Positions 10,578 to 20,495 of a stretch of 64,000 bases of DNA are shown here, piece after piece. The translations under genes and the position numbers were made by a program. Below the pieces are notes generated by a model. That model was not told where the DNA came from. It ran no database searches and saw only the letters and a list, made by a program, of their open reading frames with translations. Source of the DNA: a virus (Duplodnaviria; Caudoviricetes); IMG/VR virus record IMGVR_UViG_3300028887_000067, positions 96,001-160,000 of that record; one strand, written 5' to 3'. The stretch's first letter is position 1, and every line of letters starts with the position of its first letter.

Positions 10578-11879
10578 ATGGCAACAGCAAAGAAAACCGG
10601 AAAGGCAACCGTCGCTGACGACGGATTCGCATTCTTCCAAAACATCAAGGTCAACGACCGTTACGCGGACAAGTTGATCCGACACCCGAATTTCGGATTT
10701 TGCGACTCGGGTTCCTACGCCTTCAATGCCCTCCTGTCGGGCGACATTTTTGGCGGATTCCCCCTTAACAGATTCATCATGGTGGCCGGTAAGCAACAGT
10801 CCGGTAAGTCCTTCATCGCGAAGAACAATTTCGCCTATGGACTGATGAAGAAAGGCTACTACATTTTCTGGTACGACACCGAAGGTGAAACGACAGAAGA
10901 GGATTTGGAAGAACAGAACGGCTTCGTTCCGGGTCAGTACCGCTTGATCAAGGAAATCACGACGGTCGAAGACTACTTCATCTCGGTTAACGGCATCATC
11001 AACAAGCTCGAAGTAGACCGAGGCGACAGCATCGAGCTCAAGAGAAAGTGCGCCATCGTGCTTGACTCTCAGGGTGAGCTTTCTACCGAGAAGGCGATCA
11101 ACGACGCTACCAAGGGCGAAATCAAGTCCGACATGACCAAGGCCAAGATTCTGGCCGGTATGTACCGCTCTATTACGAACCGTTGTGCCAACCTCGGCAT
11201 ACCGATGTTCATCACCAACCATATCTACATGGACTCCAGTGGCGCCATGTTCGGTAATCCCGAAAAGATTGCCGGTGGTGAAGGCGCTCAGTTCTCCGCC
11301 TCTATCATTCTCAGCCTCTACAAGACCTATGAGAAGCCGTCTAAGGATGGCGATATCACCGGTGTCGTGCTTAATGCCACGATTACCAAGAGCCGTCTCG
11401 TGAAGGCCAAGCTCAAGGCGCCGATTTACGTTGACTACAACCACGGAATCGACCGCTACTATGGTCTCCAACGAATTGCAGAGAACGCCGGTCTGGTCGA
11501 AGAATGGAGCAAGGAAAAGTACGGCAACCTCGAAAAGCCGATTGACGAGGATACCGGCAAGAAGACCCTGAAGACCTGCTATGTCATCAAGGACCCGAAC
11601 AAGGAACCCGATCAGTGGATCGTATGTACCATGAAGGGTCTTATGAAGAAAACGGGACTGGGTACCATTCTTGAACCTTTGAACGAGTACGTTAAGAGCG
11701 AGTACAAGTTCCGCCCGCCGAAAATACGTCGTGACGACGAAGACCTCGACCTCGACGAAGAGCAGGTTAAGGTCGCCACAAAGAAGGCTGAACATAACAT
11801 CAAGGCCGAAGCCAAGTACATGGCGGAGACCGCGAAGAAGATGTTGCAGCCCGATGAATCGGTTGACGCAGCTGAGTAA
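10578..11879 (+). CDS. uvsX: UvsX RecA-like recombinase
   Basis: DSGSYAFNALLSG..FGG.P, Walker A GKQQSGKS, YDTE, IVLDS, TNH.Y, GGEG..FSAS, KSR. Confidence 0.92.
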   Translation: MATAKKTGKATVADDGFAFFQNIKVNDRYADKLIRHPNFGFCDSGSYAFNALLSGDIFGGFPLNRFIMVAGKQQSGKSFIAKNNFAYGLMKKGYYIFWYDTEGETTEEDLEEQNGFVPGQYRLIKEITTVEDYFISVNGIINKLEVDRGDSIELKRKCAIVLDSQGELSTEKAINDATKGEIKSDMTKAKILAGMYRSITNRCANLGIPMFITNHIYMDSSGAMFGNPEKIAGGEGAQFSASIILSLYKTYEKPSKDGDITGVVLNATITKSRLVKAKLKAPIYVDYNHGIDRYYGLQRIAENAGLVEEWSKEKYGNLEKPIDEDTGKKTLKTCYVIKDPNKEPDQWIVCTMKGLMKKTGLGTILEPLNEYVKSEYKFRPPKIRRDDEDLDLDEEQVKVATKKAEHNIKAEAKYMAETAKKMLQPDESVDAAE

Positions 11880-11885
11880 TCATAT

Positions 11886-11909
11886 GGGGTGTCACTTGGG
11901 TGACACCCC
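11886..11909 (+). terminator. perfect 10-bp hairpin between uvsX and the helicase gene (terminator, attenuator or processing site)
   Basis: GGGGTGTCAC-TTGG-GTGACACCCC with only a weak TCTTT tail. Confidence 0.55.
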
Positions 11910-11929
11910 TCTTTCCCCATTTAATCCAT

Positions 11930-13447
11930 ATGCAGCAAGTTTACGACTTAACAAGAGAAGATATCGTTCTTCGCACGTTTTTCAGCGACAAGCAGTTGTC
12001 CCAGAGGATGATGCCGTTCCTCGACCCGACTCTGTACGAGGACAAGACTAATCAGAAGCTTGCCGAAATCGTTAACAAGTTTGTGCGAAAGTATCATCGC
12101 CCGCCTGAGGCGCAGGAAATCGTCGTTGGCCTTGAAAATGCCGAAACGTATGGAGAAGTTCGTAAACACATCATTAACATCTATAACGCGAACGTGACCA
12201 CCCTGAGGCCGAACATGCTTGTCGAGCTGCTCGAAAAGTTTTATCAGGAAAAGGCCGTATATAACTTGCTGCGACAGTCTGCTGTGTCCATATACGAAAA
12301 CAACGTGGACGCAGTCCGGGAACTAATTCCCCAGATAAAGAACAAAATCAACTTTTCCCTGCATATGTCGCTCGGTCTCGACCTTATCGAGGATATCGAC
12401 GAGGCGAAACGCAGGCTCAAGGAAATTTCGCATCCTATCCCGTCCGGAATCACCGATGTCAACGTGTGGACCGCGCAGAGGAAGGACGACCCGTCGACAG
12501 GCGGATATCCCAGAAAAACGCTGTGCCTGTATGTAGGCCAGCCCAACGTCGGTAAGACGCTCGTTTTGTGTTCCGAGGCGTGCTATGCTGTACGCGCCGG
12601 CTACAACGTTATGTACATCTCGCTCGAGCTTTCCGAGGAATACCTGTGGCGACGTATGGCGGCGAACCTTACTGGCATCGACCAGTACCAGGTCACGGAG
12701 CTCTCTACCGAGGAATGCAAGCAACGCATCGAGAATGCAAGGCTTGCCTCCGCCGAGAAGATGGGCTGCCTGAAGATCAAGCGCATGAAGACAACCACCA
12801 CGCCGTACGAAATCGAGGCTGTCCTCGACGAGTACGAATCCGTTGTCGGCGCCCCGGTGGATATGCTTGTCATCGACTATATCGGCATTATGCGACCGAA
12901 TCAGCGTGCTGGTATGCTCGAGAATATGTACAAGGATGGTCAGGCCAAGGCTGAACAGATCAGAGAGATTTGCAACGAGAGGAACATTGTCGGACTCTCC
13001 GCCATCCAGTTCGGCCGCTCCGGTTATTCTTCGCTTGACGCCGGTCTTGAATCCGTGCGCGAGTCGTCCGGCTATAACGAGACCGCTGACTTGATGATTA
13101 CTATCACGATTGACTCGATTCTCAAGGGTCTGGATATGTACTATCACGTTATCAAGAAGAACCGCTTCGGCGAGAACGAGGTACCGTTCTACACAAAACG
13201 AAACTACGGCACCATGCTGTGGTATCCGGCTACCCAGGAGGATGTCGAGGAGGAGCACCGTCGTCGCGAGGAATTTGACGTGGTCACTTCGGCCACCTCC
13301 AATATGTTCGGTTCCTCGGTCAACACGGGGTTCGGTAGAACACAGAGGAGTCGTCCCGCCCCTCCGAAGAAGTCCCATCCGCCGATGACCGCCGCCGAAC
13401 AGAAGGAAGCGCTCGGGGCGCTTGACGACATGAGTGCGCTGGTGTGA
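11930..13447 (+). CDS. gp41-like DnaB-family replicative helicase
   Basis: GQPNVGKT Walker A, YISLELSE, VIDYIGIM, SAIQ, ES......ADL, KNRFG; follows uvsX as in T4-like phages. Confidence 0.9.
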   Translation: MQQVYDLTREDIVLRTFFSDKQLSQRMMPFLDPTLYEDKTNQKLAEIVNKFVRKYHRPPEAQEIVVGLENAETYGEVRKHIINIYNANVTTLRPNMLVELLEKFYQEKAVYNLLRQSAVSIYENNVDAVRELIPQIKNKINFSLHMSLGLDLIEDIDEAKRRLKEISHPIPSGITDVNVWTAQRKDDPSTGGYPRKTLCLYVGQPNVGKTLVLCSEACYAVRAGYNVMYISLELSEEYLWRRMAANLTGIDQYQVTELSTEECKQRIENARLASAEKMGCLKIKRMKTTTTPYEIEAVLDEYESVVGAPVDMLVIDYIGIMRPNQRAGMLENMYKDGQAKAEQIREICNERNIVGLSAIQFGRSGYSSLDAGLESVRESSGYNETADLMITITIDSILKGLDMYYHVIKKNRFGENEVPFYTKRNYGTMLWYPATQEDVEEEHRRREEFDVVTSATSNMFGSSVNTGFGRTQRSRPAPPKKSHPPMTAAEQKEALGALDDMSALV

Positions 13448-13488
13448 TATGATATAATTTAAGTGGTAAGCTGTAACTGGATGACCAA

Positions 13489-14055
13489 ATGGATTTATCG
13501 GTTTACACCCATGCCACGGAGACGAACGATCGGATTCCCGTATCAAACGAGAACCTTGACGAGCTCGTATTGACTAATGCGAAGAACTCTTCAATCCTGT
13601 CGTTATTGGAAAAGTATCTCCAGACGCCGAGATATGAAGGCGACGCCTGTATCGTGCTGTCGATGCCGGACGCTGTGCTGAAGAAGTATAGGGAAAAGCT
13701 CAATTCGGCTCTCTGGTGGCTATACAAGCGATATTGCAAGAAGGATTTCGGCATGATGGAGCTGCTTGTCGCAGTAGAGACTATGGTGGACGCCAGCAAG
13801 CTCACGGCTATGCTTGACAACGATATCAAACTGCTAGTGGCTAAGGAGAAGGGCATAACAATCTCCATCGACGAACTAGAAGTCGCCGCCAAGATGGCGG
13901 GAAGCAAGAAGCAACAGAAGGAAGACGCTGCTCCCGTTGAAGATGCGGAGCCGTCTATCGAAATGGACCCAGATCCTGACAAGTTGCTTGAGGATGACCC
14001 CGACGAGGAAGCCGAGATTTTAGGCGGCCTTGGCGTAATGGACGAGGAAGAATAA
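13489..14055 (+). CDS. hypothetical acidic protein; weak resemblance to gp33 late-transcription coactivator
   Basis: ELLVAVETMVDASKLTAMLDNDIKLLV loosely fits the gp33 core pattern; preceded by TGATATAAT (13450-13458). Confidence 0.4.
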   Translation: MDLSVYTHATETNDRIPVSNENLDELVLTNAKNSSILSLLEKYLQTPRYEGDACIVLSMPDAVLKKYREKLNSALWWLYKRYCKKDFGMMELLVAVETMVDASKLTAMLDNDIKLLVAKEKGITISIDELEVAAKMAGSKKQQKEDAAPVEDAEPSIEMDPDPDKLLEDDPDEEAEILGGLGVMDEEE

Positions 14056-14957
14056 TGTCTAGATTCAATGTGAAGAAAAGCGTGAACGCCATTGTCGAGC
14101 GACACGAAAAGGATGTTGCCGAATACACCGAAAAGGTGAAAGAGGAAAACCAGAATCTCACTAACGCTATCGTGAATATGGGTAGCGCGAAGGTTGGCGG
14201 TGCCGGAACAGGTGTGCTTGTCGAGACGCCCGCCTACAAGAAGTGGCTCACTAATATCCAGTCGAATAACCCGTTCATCGGAAAGTCCTACATGCAGAAG
14301 GCGACCGAATACGAACGCGACGACGAGGATGCAAAGGGTCAGTCCGAGATGACCGACGAGGAAGCCGCAAAGATAATGTTCAAGGACGAAAACGGCAAGC
14401 TGCATATTCGTGACGACTACGACCCGAACTGCATTGACGAAGAAGTCGAGAACGAGAAGTTGACAGGCGACGCGTCGAAGTTCGCCGACCTGTGCGAGAT
14501 TCGCAAGATTGTCGCCCCGAGATTGACTTGGGACTTTGACAGCCTTCTTGCCGAAGTGGAGGCGAAGCTCGAGGAACTGCATGCGGACGAGGACGACTAT
14601 GTTCTTCCGGAAAACCTCGGCGAACAGCTGCAGGCCGCGATTGACCATGCCAAGAACATCGAGGCACTTACCTGGAAGGCCGAAGGCGCCAAAAAGGAAG
14701 AGGAACCTCAAAAGGACGTGACCTCGGTCACGAAAGATGTGAATTACGTGAGCGCCGACAGGTTTGCTGATTACCTGATAGAGCTGTCCTACTGCAAGAA
14801 GAAGGATATTGCCGATATCGATAAGCTGGTTGACGCCACGATAGAGCAGGCACGCCGCGACTGGCCCGAATATGTTGCCGCCGACGAAGGCGAGATTAAC
14901 GACGAGATAGTCGAGGCCGGCCGACAGAAGCTCAAAGAATATTTGGCAAATGTATAA
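14055..14957 (+). CDS. hypothetical acidic protein
   Basis: 300-aa ORF coupled by TAATG. Confidence 0.7.
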   Translation: MSRFNVKKSVNAIVERHEKDVAEYTEKVKEENQNLTNAIVNMGSAKVGGAGTGVLVETPAYKKWLTNIQSNNPFIGKSYMQKATEYERDDEDAKGQSEMTDEEAAKIMFKDENGKLHIRDDYDPNCIDEEVENEKLTGDASKFADLCEIRKIVAPRLTWDFDSLLAEVEAKLEELHADEDDYVLPENLGEQLQAAIDHAKNIEALTWKAEGAKKEEEPQKDVTSVTKDVNYVSADRFADYLIELSYCKKKDIADIDKLVDATIEQARRDWPEYVAADEGEINDEIVEAGRQKLKEYLANV

Positions 14958-14998
14958 ACTCCGTTCGGATGGCTAGAAAAAGGGTGGTTTGTAATTGT

Positions 14999-15027
14999 TT
15001 GCAATTCAAATTTCCTTTTTCTACAAT
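14999..15027 (+). promoter_or_regulatory. sigma70-like promoter with TTCAAA element (gene 32)
   Basis: TTGCAA-17 nt (ttcaaatttcctttttc)-TACAAT; a late-type TATAAACT also lies at 14953-14960. Confidence 0.75.
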
Positions 15028-15081
15028 ATCCAATAATCAGTTAAACCCGAAACCCTAAACCCTTAGAAAGGAATAATCCCT

Positions 15082-16191
15082 ATGGCAACTGATGATATCT
15101 CCCTTGACCTCCTTACCATTGATGGGGTCTCCAACCTGGCCCAGGCAACTGGCGACAACCGTGAAAGCGATCCGCGTCTGTGGAAGCCTCGCGTTAGCGC
15201 GAAGAATCCGACTTACGACGCAATCGTCCGCCTGCTTCCGCAGGGCGTTGAAGGTCTGAAGAACAAGACCTATCCCGGCGTGAAGGTAATCTACCACCAC
15301 TTAAGATCTGGACAAATGCACCGTGAAGTGAAATGCTGCAAGAGCATTCCCGGTCAGACCCATTGCCCTATCTGCGATGCGATCTGGAACCGTTACGACG
15401 AATTTGTCAAGCTCTACGGCAAGGATGATGCCCGTACGAAGGCTGTCGTGTCCATGGGTGCCCGCCCCGAATGGTTCACCAACGTCCTCGTGCGTCAGGA
15501 CGACAATGTCCCCGACAACAACGGCAAGGTGAAGGTGTGGCGTCATACCGATGCTATCGACCGCGAACTCCGTGCACCGTTCGATGACAGTGCCAACACT
15601 GAATCGAAGGGCAACGACCAGACCGTCCGTCCGGGCAGTCTGCGTGACCGCAAGAACAAGGAAAAACGACGTTTCTTCCCGCACTCCCCGACTACCGGTG
15701 TCGACTACGAAGTCACCGTCAGCTGGGATCCGGCCAAGAAGATGACGACGTACGATGGTTCTTGCTACGCAACGGAAGCCACTCCGCTGGCCGACACCAA
15801 GGACGAGATGTTGGACATCTTGAACAAGTGTTACGACCTCACTGACTTCCTCAAGGACGTTCCGTCCGAAGCCGAAGCCGCTAAGATCTACGCTGACTTC
15901 ATGAACGAAGTGTCCCGTCGCAATGAAAACGCCGCGTTCAACAAGGCCGGCTTTGCTCCCGAGGCTAATCCCAACTATGCCCAGGGCGCACAGGTCAGCA
16001 CCGTGAATGCCACCGAATTCCTTGGCTCCCAGAAGCCGGCTACCGAAGCCGCTTCCCAGCCTAGCGACGATGACCTCGTGAACCTCGCCGCTTCCAACAA
16101 GGTCGCCGCTTCCAAGGCAGCGCCCGTTCAGGAAGCAGCTCCTGCCGACCTTCCGGCGGTAGGTGGCGAAGACGACGACTTGCCGTTCTAA
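15082..16191 (+). CDS. gp32-like single-stranded DNA-binding protein
   Basis: DPRLWKP, AIVRLLP, H..C..CPIC zinc ligands, NVLVRQD...NGKVKVW, acidic tail EDDDLPF. Confidence 0.9.
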   Translation: MATDDISLDLLTIDGVSNLAQATGDNRESDPRLWKPRVSAKNPTYDAIVRLLPQGVEGLKNKTYPGVKVIYHHLRSGQMHREVKCCKSIPGQTHCPICDAIWNRYDEFVKLYGKDDARTKAVVSMGARPEWFTNVLVRQDDNVPDNNGKVKVWRHTDAIDRELRAPFDDSANTESKGNDQTVRPGSLRDRKNKEKRRFFPHSPTTGVDYEVTVSWDPAKKMTTYDGSCYATEATPLADTKDEMLDILNKCYDLTDFLKDVPSEAEAAKIYADFMNEVSRRNENAAFNKAGFAPEANPNYAQGAQVSTVNATEFLGSQKPATEAASQPSDDDLVNLAASNKVAASKAAPVQEAAPADLPAVGGEDDDLPF

Positions 16192-16216
16192 GTCTAATCA
16201 TCGAAATCCTGGTTCA

Positions 16217-16250
16217 GAATGGCGGCCATCTCACGGTGGCTGCCATTTTC
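16217..16250 (+). terminator. intrinsic terminator after gene 32
   Basis: AATGGCGGCCAT...GGTGGCTGCCATTTT stem with G-U pairs. Confidence 0.6.
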
Positions 16251-16264
16251 TCTGAGGTACACAG

Positions 16265-17410
16265 ATGTCCTTTTCTTATGAAAACATACCGTATGGAGCT
16301 CTGGATGAGGCTGTTCAGGAGCAATTTAGCCAGTATGCGATGAAGGAAAAGTCGTCCGAATACAACTTCGTGTGTCCTTTCTGCGGCGACCTAAACAGAC
16401 CTAACAAGAAGAAGGCTTACATATACAAGGACACTTGGCGTTTTAAGTGCTATCGGTGCGGCTATTCCAAGCACGTGATGCAGTATTTCAAGGAAAATGA
16501 TGATGCTACGTATTCGCGCCTGTTATTCATGGGATTCGATAATAATCGCGACCGCTCCGATAAAGATAACAACGATAAGGCCAAACCGAACATAATCCTC
16601 CCGTTTGAGGATGGTGAACTTGTGTCAATTCTTGACAATGTTCCTCTGGCGAGTGATGCAATCGCGCTTTGCAAGAAACGACTGATTCGTCCGGAGGTGT
16701 ACGAACACTGGTTTGTCTGTCTTGAAGGTGAACAGTTCCTGAAGCGTGACTCGGGAGGGGCATATATCTATGACGAGAACGGCCGCCCACTTGGAAATAA
16801 ATACAAGAACAGGATAATCATTCCGTTTTATAAATTTGGTGGGATGTGGAACCAATTCGACGCCCGTGCTATCGATCCTCAGAATCCGAATCGCTATATG
16901 AACTTCGAGGGTGTCAAGCGCGAGGCATACAATATCGACTTTGTCGATTTCACAAAGCCGTTCTACATTCTTGAAGGAACCGTTGACTCTACGTTTGTAA
17001 AGAACTCGATCGCCATAGGTGGAGTCAACCATCTCCAGGAAGTGCTCGCCGATAATCCAGATATCGAGCGAAATAAAGAAAATTGTACCATCATCTGGGA
17101 TAACGACGACCCCGGACGTAGTGCCCGCGTCGATACAGTTAGGAAAGGTTTCCGGTGGTTCGACTGGTCAGAAATCAAGAGCAAGGACATAAATGCCGCC
17201 GTGATGAATGGCGAGATGCCATTGGTCTCGTCTGGCTACGTAAATCCCGACTTCATTGAGGCTCGTTCGTGTAAGCCTGAAGGCGCCGAAATATTGTTCT
17301 CGTTGACCTATGGTGACATTAAGAAACGTGAACGCTCGGCACGGAAGGCTAATCAGGAGTTACTCCGCGCAAAGTTCTCCGCCAAGCGCAACCTAGGGAT
17401 ATATTTCTGA
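16265..17410 (+). CDS. gp61-like DNA primase
   Basis: CPFCGD...CYRCG zinc ribbon; RIIIPF; TOPRIM ILEGTVDS and WDND; KDIN. Confidence 0.9.
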   Translation: MSFSYENIPYGALDEAVQEQFSQYAMKEKSSEYNFVCPFCGDLNRPNKKKAYIYKDTWRFKCYRCGYSKHVMQYFKENDDATYSRLLFMGFDNNRDRSDKDNNDKAKPNIILPFEDGELVSILDNVPLASDAIALCKKRLIRPEVYEHWFVCLEGEQFLKRDSGGAYIYDENGRPLGNKYKNRIIIPFYKFGGMWNQFDARAIDPQNPNRYMNFEGVKREAYNIDFVDFTKPFYILEGTVDSTFVKNSIAIGGVNHLQEVLADNPDIERNKENCTIIWDNDDPGRSARVDTVRKGFRWFDWSEIKSKDINAAVMNGEMPLVSSGYVNPDFIEARSCKPEGAEILFSLTYGDIKKRERSARKANQELLRAKFSAKRNLGIYF

Positions 17411-19524
17411 TGCTTCAAGGAATCCGAAGATTTGGCGTGCCCGAATACGTTACCGCTCAATATGTAGCGGACTATCTGGGTCGTCCGCTCGAAGCGATGC
17501 ACCAAAGTGGATTTTTCGACGGGATTCCTTACAGGCTGACCGCGAACCGAGTAAAGCATTATCATCTGAACAGCTGCATCAAGATGATGCGCGTCTACAA
17601 TATCGACCCGCCTTGCCGGGTTCACCCGTATGCGAAGTGGAGGCCGTCTGAGATAATTGCCGACCTTGACGTGACGGCATGTGCCTATTTAAATCTTGTC
17701 AAGGCAGGCAAGCTGGTTGAACAGGAGCCCGACCATCGGGGAAAGTTCGTGTACTACAAGGACTACGAGCGATTCATCAAGAACTACGTGCCTATGAAGA
17801 TGATTCCTTGGCTTCCCGCGAAGCTGAACATTAGGGACGCGGCTGAGTTCATCGGCACTACACCGAACCGGCTCAAGGCGGAAGTACGCAGGGGCAATGC
17901 CGACGCGGTTTGGTATAACCGCACCACCGACGGAAAACGTCGGTATCGCTGGATGACACGGGAGCAGATTATTCAGTATATCACGAAGCAGATCGAAGGC
18001 GCGGGGCATCGTTCGAAGAAACTCATTAGGAAGAACCCTCTGTCCGACGTACTTACCGTACCGCTTACAGCAATCTACCTGAAAACGACCGAGGTCAAGG
18101 TCAAGTCGATGGTCAATTCGGGTTATCTCGAACCCGGAAAGGCCTCGCTGTCCAAGAACAAGTCCCGACTATATAACGTATTCGACAAGGAATATCTTGA
18201 CGCGAAATACGATCATTATTGCAAGGTAAAATACTACAACGAGGGCAAGTGCTATTACACTCGTGCGGCGATCCGCAACAAGTTCGGCAAGACGAACTAC
18301 TGGATTACTACCTATATAGTCGGTAAGTGCCATGAGTTGCTTTCGAATGACGGAAAGCTGTATACGCCCGAGGAACGCGCCGAAGAGAACCGGAAGATGG
18401 GCCGTATACCCGAGGCCAGTATGGGATGGTCGCAAAAGGAAGTCGAGGCCATCGTGGAGAGCGGTGTCGAGATAGACCCCGTCGTCGAGCTTTCCGAATA
18501 CCGGATGAAACATTTGGAAGCGCTTGACAAGACAAACTATAACGAGCTTCGCCGAAAATTGAGGATGTACCGCGAGAAGAAGTACGCGAAGGTGCTCGTC
18601 AAGCCGGTAAAGGACCCAGTCGAGATCGCCCTGCGTGCCGCTTTCGAGGAGAAGGTGTTCCGTCGCGAGGCCCGCATCAGCGAGATTCTGGCCGCCGCCG
18701 CAGAGAAGCGTGCCGAAGAAAATCAAATTCGCTCCCTGCTCGGTATAGATCCGAAGACAATCGTTACCTTGACGCCGGACATTATCCTGAAGAACAACTT
18801 TGAACCGGAGAAGGTACTTATCCTTTATAGCCGTAACGGATGGAACGACGTATACACGAAGCATTCGGTCGAGCCCGTTGAATGTACGTATAGGGCCAAG
18901 GACGCGGCCATCGTTACCACCCGTGTCAAGACGAAAGTAATCTCGGTATTCAGCAACATAGCCAGAGTTGCTCGCAAGATTTCGAACCTCCCGCCAAAAG
19001 TGTCTCCGTCGTGGATAATCCTGGCCCCGTCCAGTTCAATAGTGGCGGACCCGTCATTTTACCTGAAGCTGGACAATGTCCCGACCGAGTATGGAGCGGT
19101 TGGCCCGTTCGGGTATGAATATGTCCTACCCAATGGCAGCTGGATCAACTGTCCGGCCACTTATGGGATGTTCAGTGAATACTCTCTGACGGATCAGTCG
19201 AAGTCCCGACGGATTGCAGGTACCCGTAGCGCGGTCGGTACTCACGAGGTTGCCGTGCTCGACGGCCCGTTTGTTGCCGTTCGCGGTGGATATTTGAAAC
19301 TGCTTTGCGAACTTAAAAATTTCAGCGTATTGGGCGACGGGCGGTCGTTTGTCCCGTTCGCCATATCTATGATTATGCGCCGCCTGGGGGTGAAAATGTT
19401 GCAAATCGAGGTGGATTCCATGCGGTGCAGCGATTTTGAGCCGGATAGGTATAATGTGCAGTGGAACAGGGCCGAACGCATGCTAATCGGCTTTGCGAAC
19501 CCGAGTTTGAAATTCAAATCCTAA
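17410..19524 (+). CDS. multi-HTH (excisionase/MerR-like repeats) protein fused to a degenerate GT-A glycosyltransferase-like domain
   Basis: About five repeats such as LNIRDAAEFIGTTPNRL and VLTVPLTAIYLKTT; C-terminal GAVGPFG...EVAVLDGPFVAVR resembles GT2-like families. Confidence 0.55.
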   Translation: MLQGIRRFGVPEYVTAQYVADYLGRPLEAMHQSGFFDGIPYRLTANRVKHYHLNSCIKMMRVYNIDPPCRVHPYAKWRPSEIIADLDVTACAYLNLVKAGKLVEQEPDHRGKFVYYKDYERFIKNYVPMKMIPWLPAKLNIRDAAEFIGTTPNRLKAEVRRGNADAVWYNRTTDGKRRYRWMTREQIIQYITKQIEGAGHRSKKLIRKNPLSDVLTVPLTAIYLKTTEVKVKSMVNSGYLEPGKASLSKNKSRLYNVFDKEYLDAKYDHYCKVKYYNEGKCYYTRAAIRNKFGKTNYWITTYIVGKCHELLSNDGKLYTPEERAEENRKMGRIPEASMGWSQKEVEAIVESGVEIDPVVELSEYRMKHLEALDKTNYNELRRKLRMYREKKYAKVLVKPVKDPVEIALRAAFEEKVFRREARISEILAAAAEKRAEENQIRSLLGIDPKTIVTLTPDIILKNNFEPEKVLILYSRNGWNDVYTKHSVEPVECTYRAKDAAIVTTRVKTKVISVFSNIARVARKISNLPPKVSPSWIILAPSSSIVADPSFYLKLDNVPTEYGAVGPFGYEYVLPNGSWINCPATYGMFSEYSLTDQSKSRRIAGTRSAVGTHEVAVLDGPFVAVRGGYLKLLCELKNFSVLGDGRSFVPFAISMIMRRLGVKMLQIEVDSMRCSDFEPDRYNVQWNRAERMLIGFANPSLKFKS

Positions 19525-19554
19525 ACAGCTATTATTCCGCATAAAGGTGAGTAT

Positions 19555-20427
19555 ATGCAAGAAGATATTAAGTCGATTTCCATCAAGTATAGTGAGCAGT
19601 ACGCCGAGCTGCTGAAGACCGTCACCAACGTGACCAAGGCCGGTTGCACGATTATGCAACACGTCGATGACAAGTACCGCATAAGCATACCGAACCAGGC
19701 GCTCCTGACTCACATAGCGGCCGGAGAGAAAGATCTTTATTTCGACGCGCAACGTATCAACGTGTTCTCTATGACCGAGTTCATGAAGTATTCGGAGGCC
19801 GTAGGGTATCCGAAGCGAGGCGAAGTGTCTCTGTCCCAGATGATTTCCATTACCGGCAAGCGATACGAATATATCAAGTTCGCTTCGAGGGGTCTCACCT
19901 GCTTAACGCCGACCGCCGACCCGAGCTGCTTCAAGAAGACCGCCACAAAAATTCCGGGTGACCGGAACAATCCGGGAAAGAAGATTCGAGTCGCCGAGAT
20001 TTGCTTTACCGAGGAATCTATCAAGGATTTCGAGAAGAAAATCAAGCTGGTGCCTACATGCAAGTTTGTCACCCTGTTCATCGACGAGGGTGGGGTCAAG
20101 TTCTATATCAAGGGAAAGCTGGCTCAGCAGATTACTTATTGTGTCGAGTCGACATGCACGAGGCATCTCGACGATAAGCTGGTGAAGAAGCTTTTCCGCC
20201 CCGGACGCGTGGCGATGTTCCCCGCCACGTATTTCAGCATGTTGAAGGGGTTTGGCGGTACGTTCGAAATCGATATTATGTATGTCCCGAAGGACGATGG
20301 CTCCGACCAGATGACTCTCGTGGGGTACAGCTATGTCAAGGGAGCTGACGAGAACCAGCCGATTTTACTATATTCTGCAGCGTCGGAATGTTCCGCAGCA
20401 TCGATTGGATTTGATTTAATAATCTAG
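19555..20427 (+). CDS. gp45-like sliding clamp
   Basis: ELLKTVTNV, INVFSMTEFM and TADPS fit the gp45 patterns ILKNFxxIN, IYDLxEFL and ADPS; replication context. Confidence 0.65.
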   Translation: MQEDIKSISIKYSEQYAELLKTVTNVTKAGCTIMQHVDDKYRISIPNQALLTHIAAGEKDLYFDAQRINVFSMTEFMKYSEAVGYPKRGEVSLSQMISITGKRYEYIKFASRGLTCLTPTADPSCFKKTATKIPGDRNNPGKKIRVAEICFTEESIKDFEKKIKLVPTCKFVTLFIDEGGVKFYIKGKLAQQITYCVESTCTRHLDDKLVKKLFRPGRVAMFPATYFSMLKGFGGTFEIDIMYVPKDDGSDQMTLVGYSYVKGADENQPILLYSAASECSAASIGFDLII

Positions 20428-20451
20428 CAAGAGCAACTCATTCGAAAAAAC

Positions 20452-20476
20452 AAAGGTGGCCTTCGGGCCACCTTTT
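20452..20476. terminator. bidirectional intrinsic terminator with UUCG loop
   Basis: AAAGGTGGCC-TTCG-GGCCACCTTTT between convergent genes. Confidence 0.85.
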
Positions 20477-20495
20477 CCGTTTTCTTGGTTGAATG

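Noticed and set aside
15041-15066. AAACCC(T/G) heptamers resembling telomeric repeats
   Set aside because: Only three copies in an mRNA leader; treated as a leader element instead
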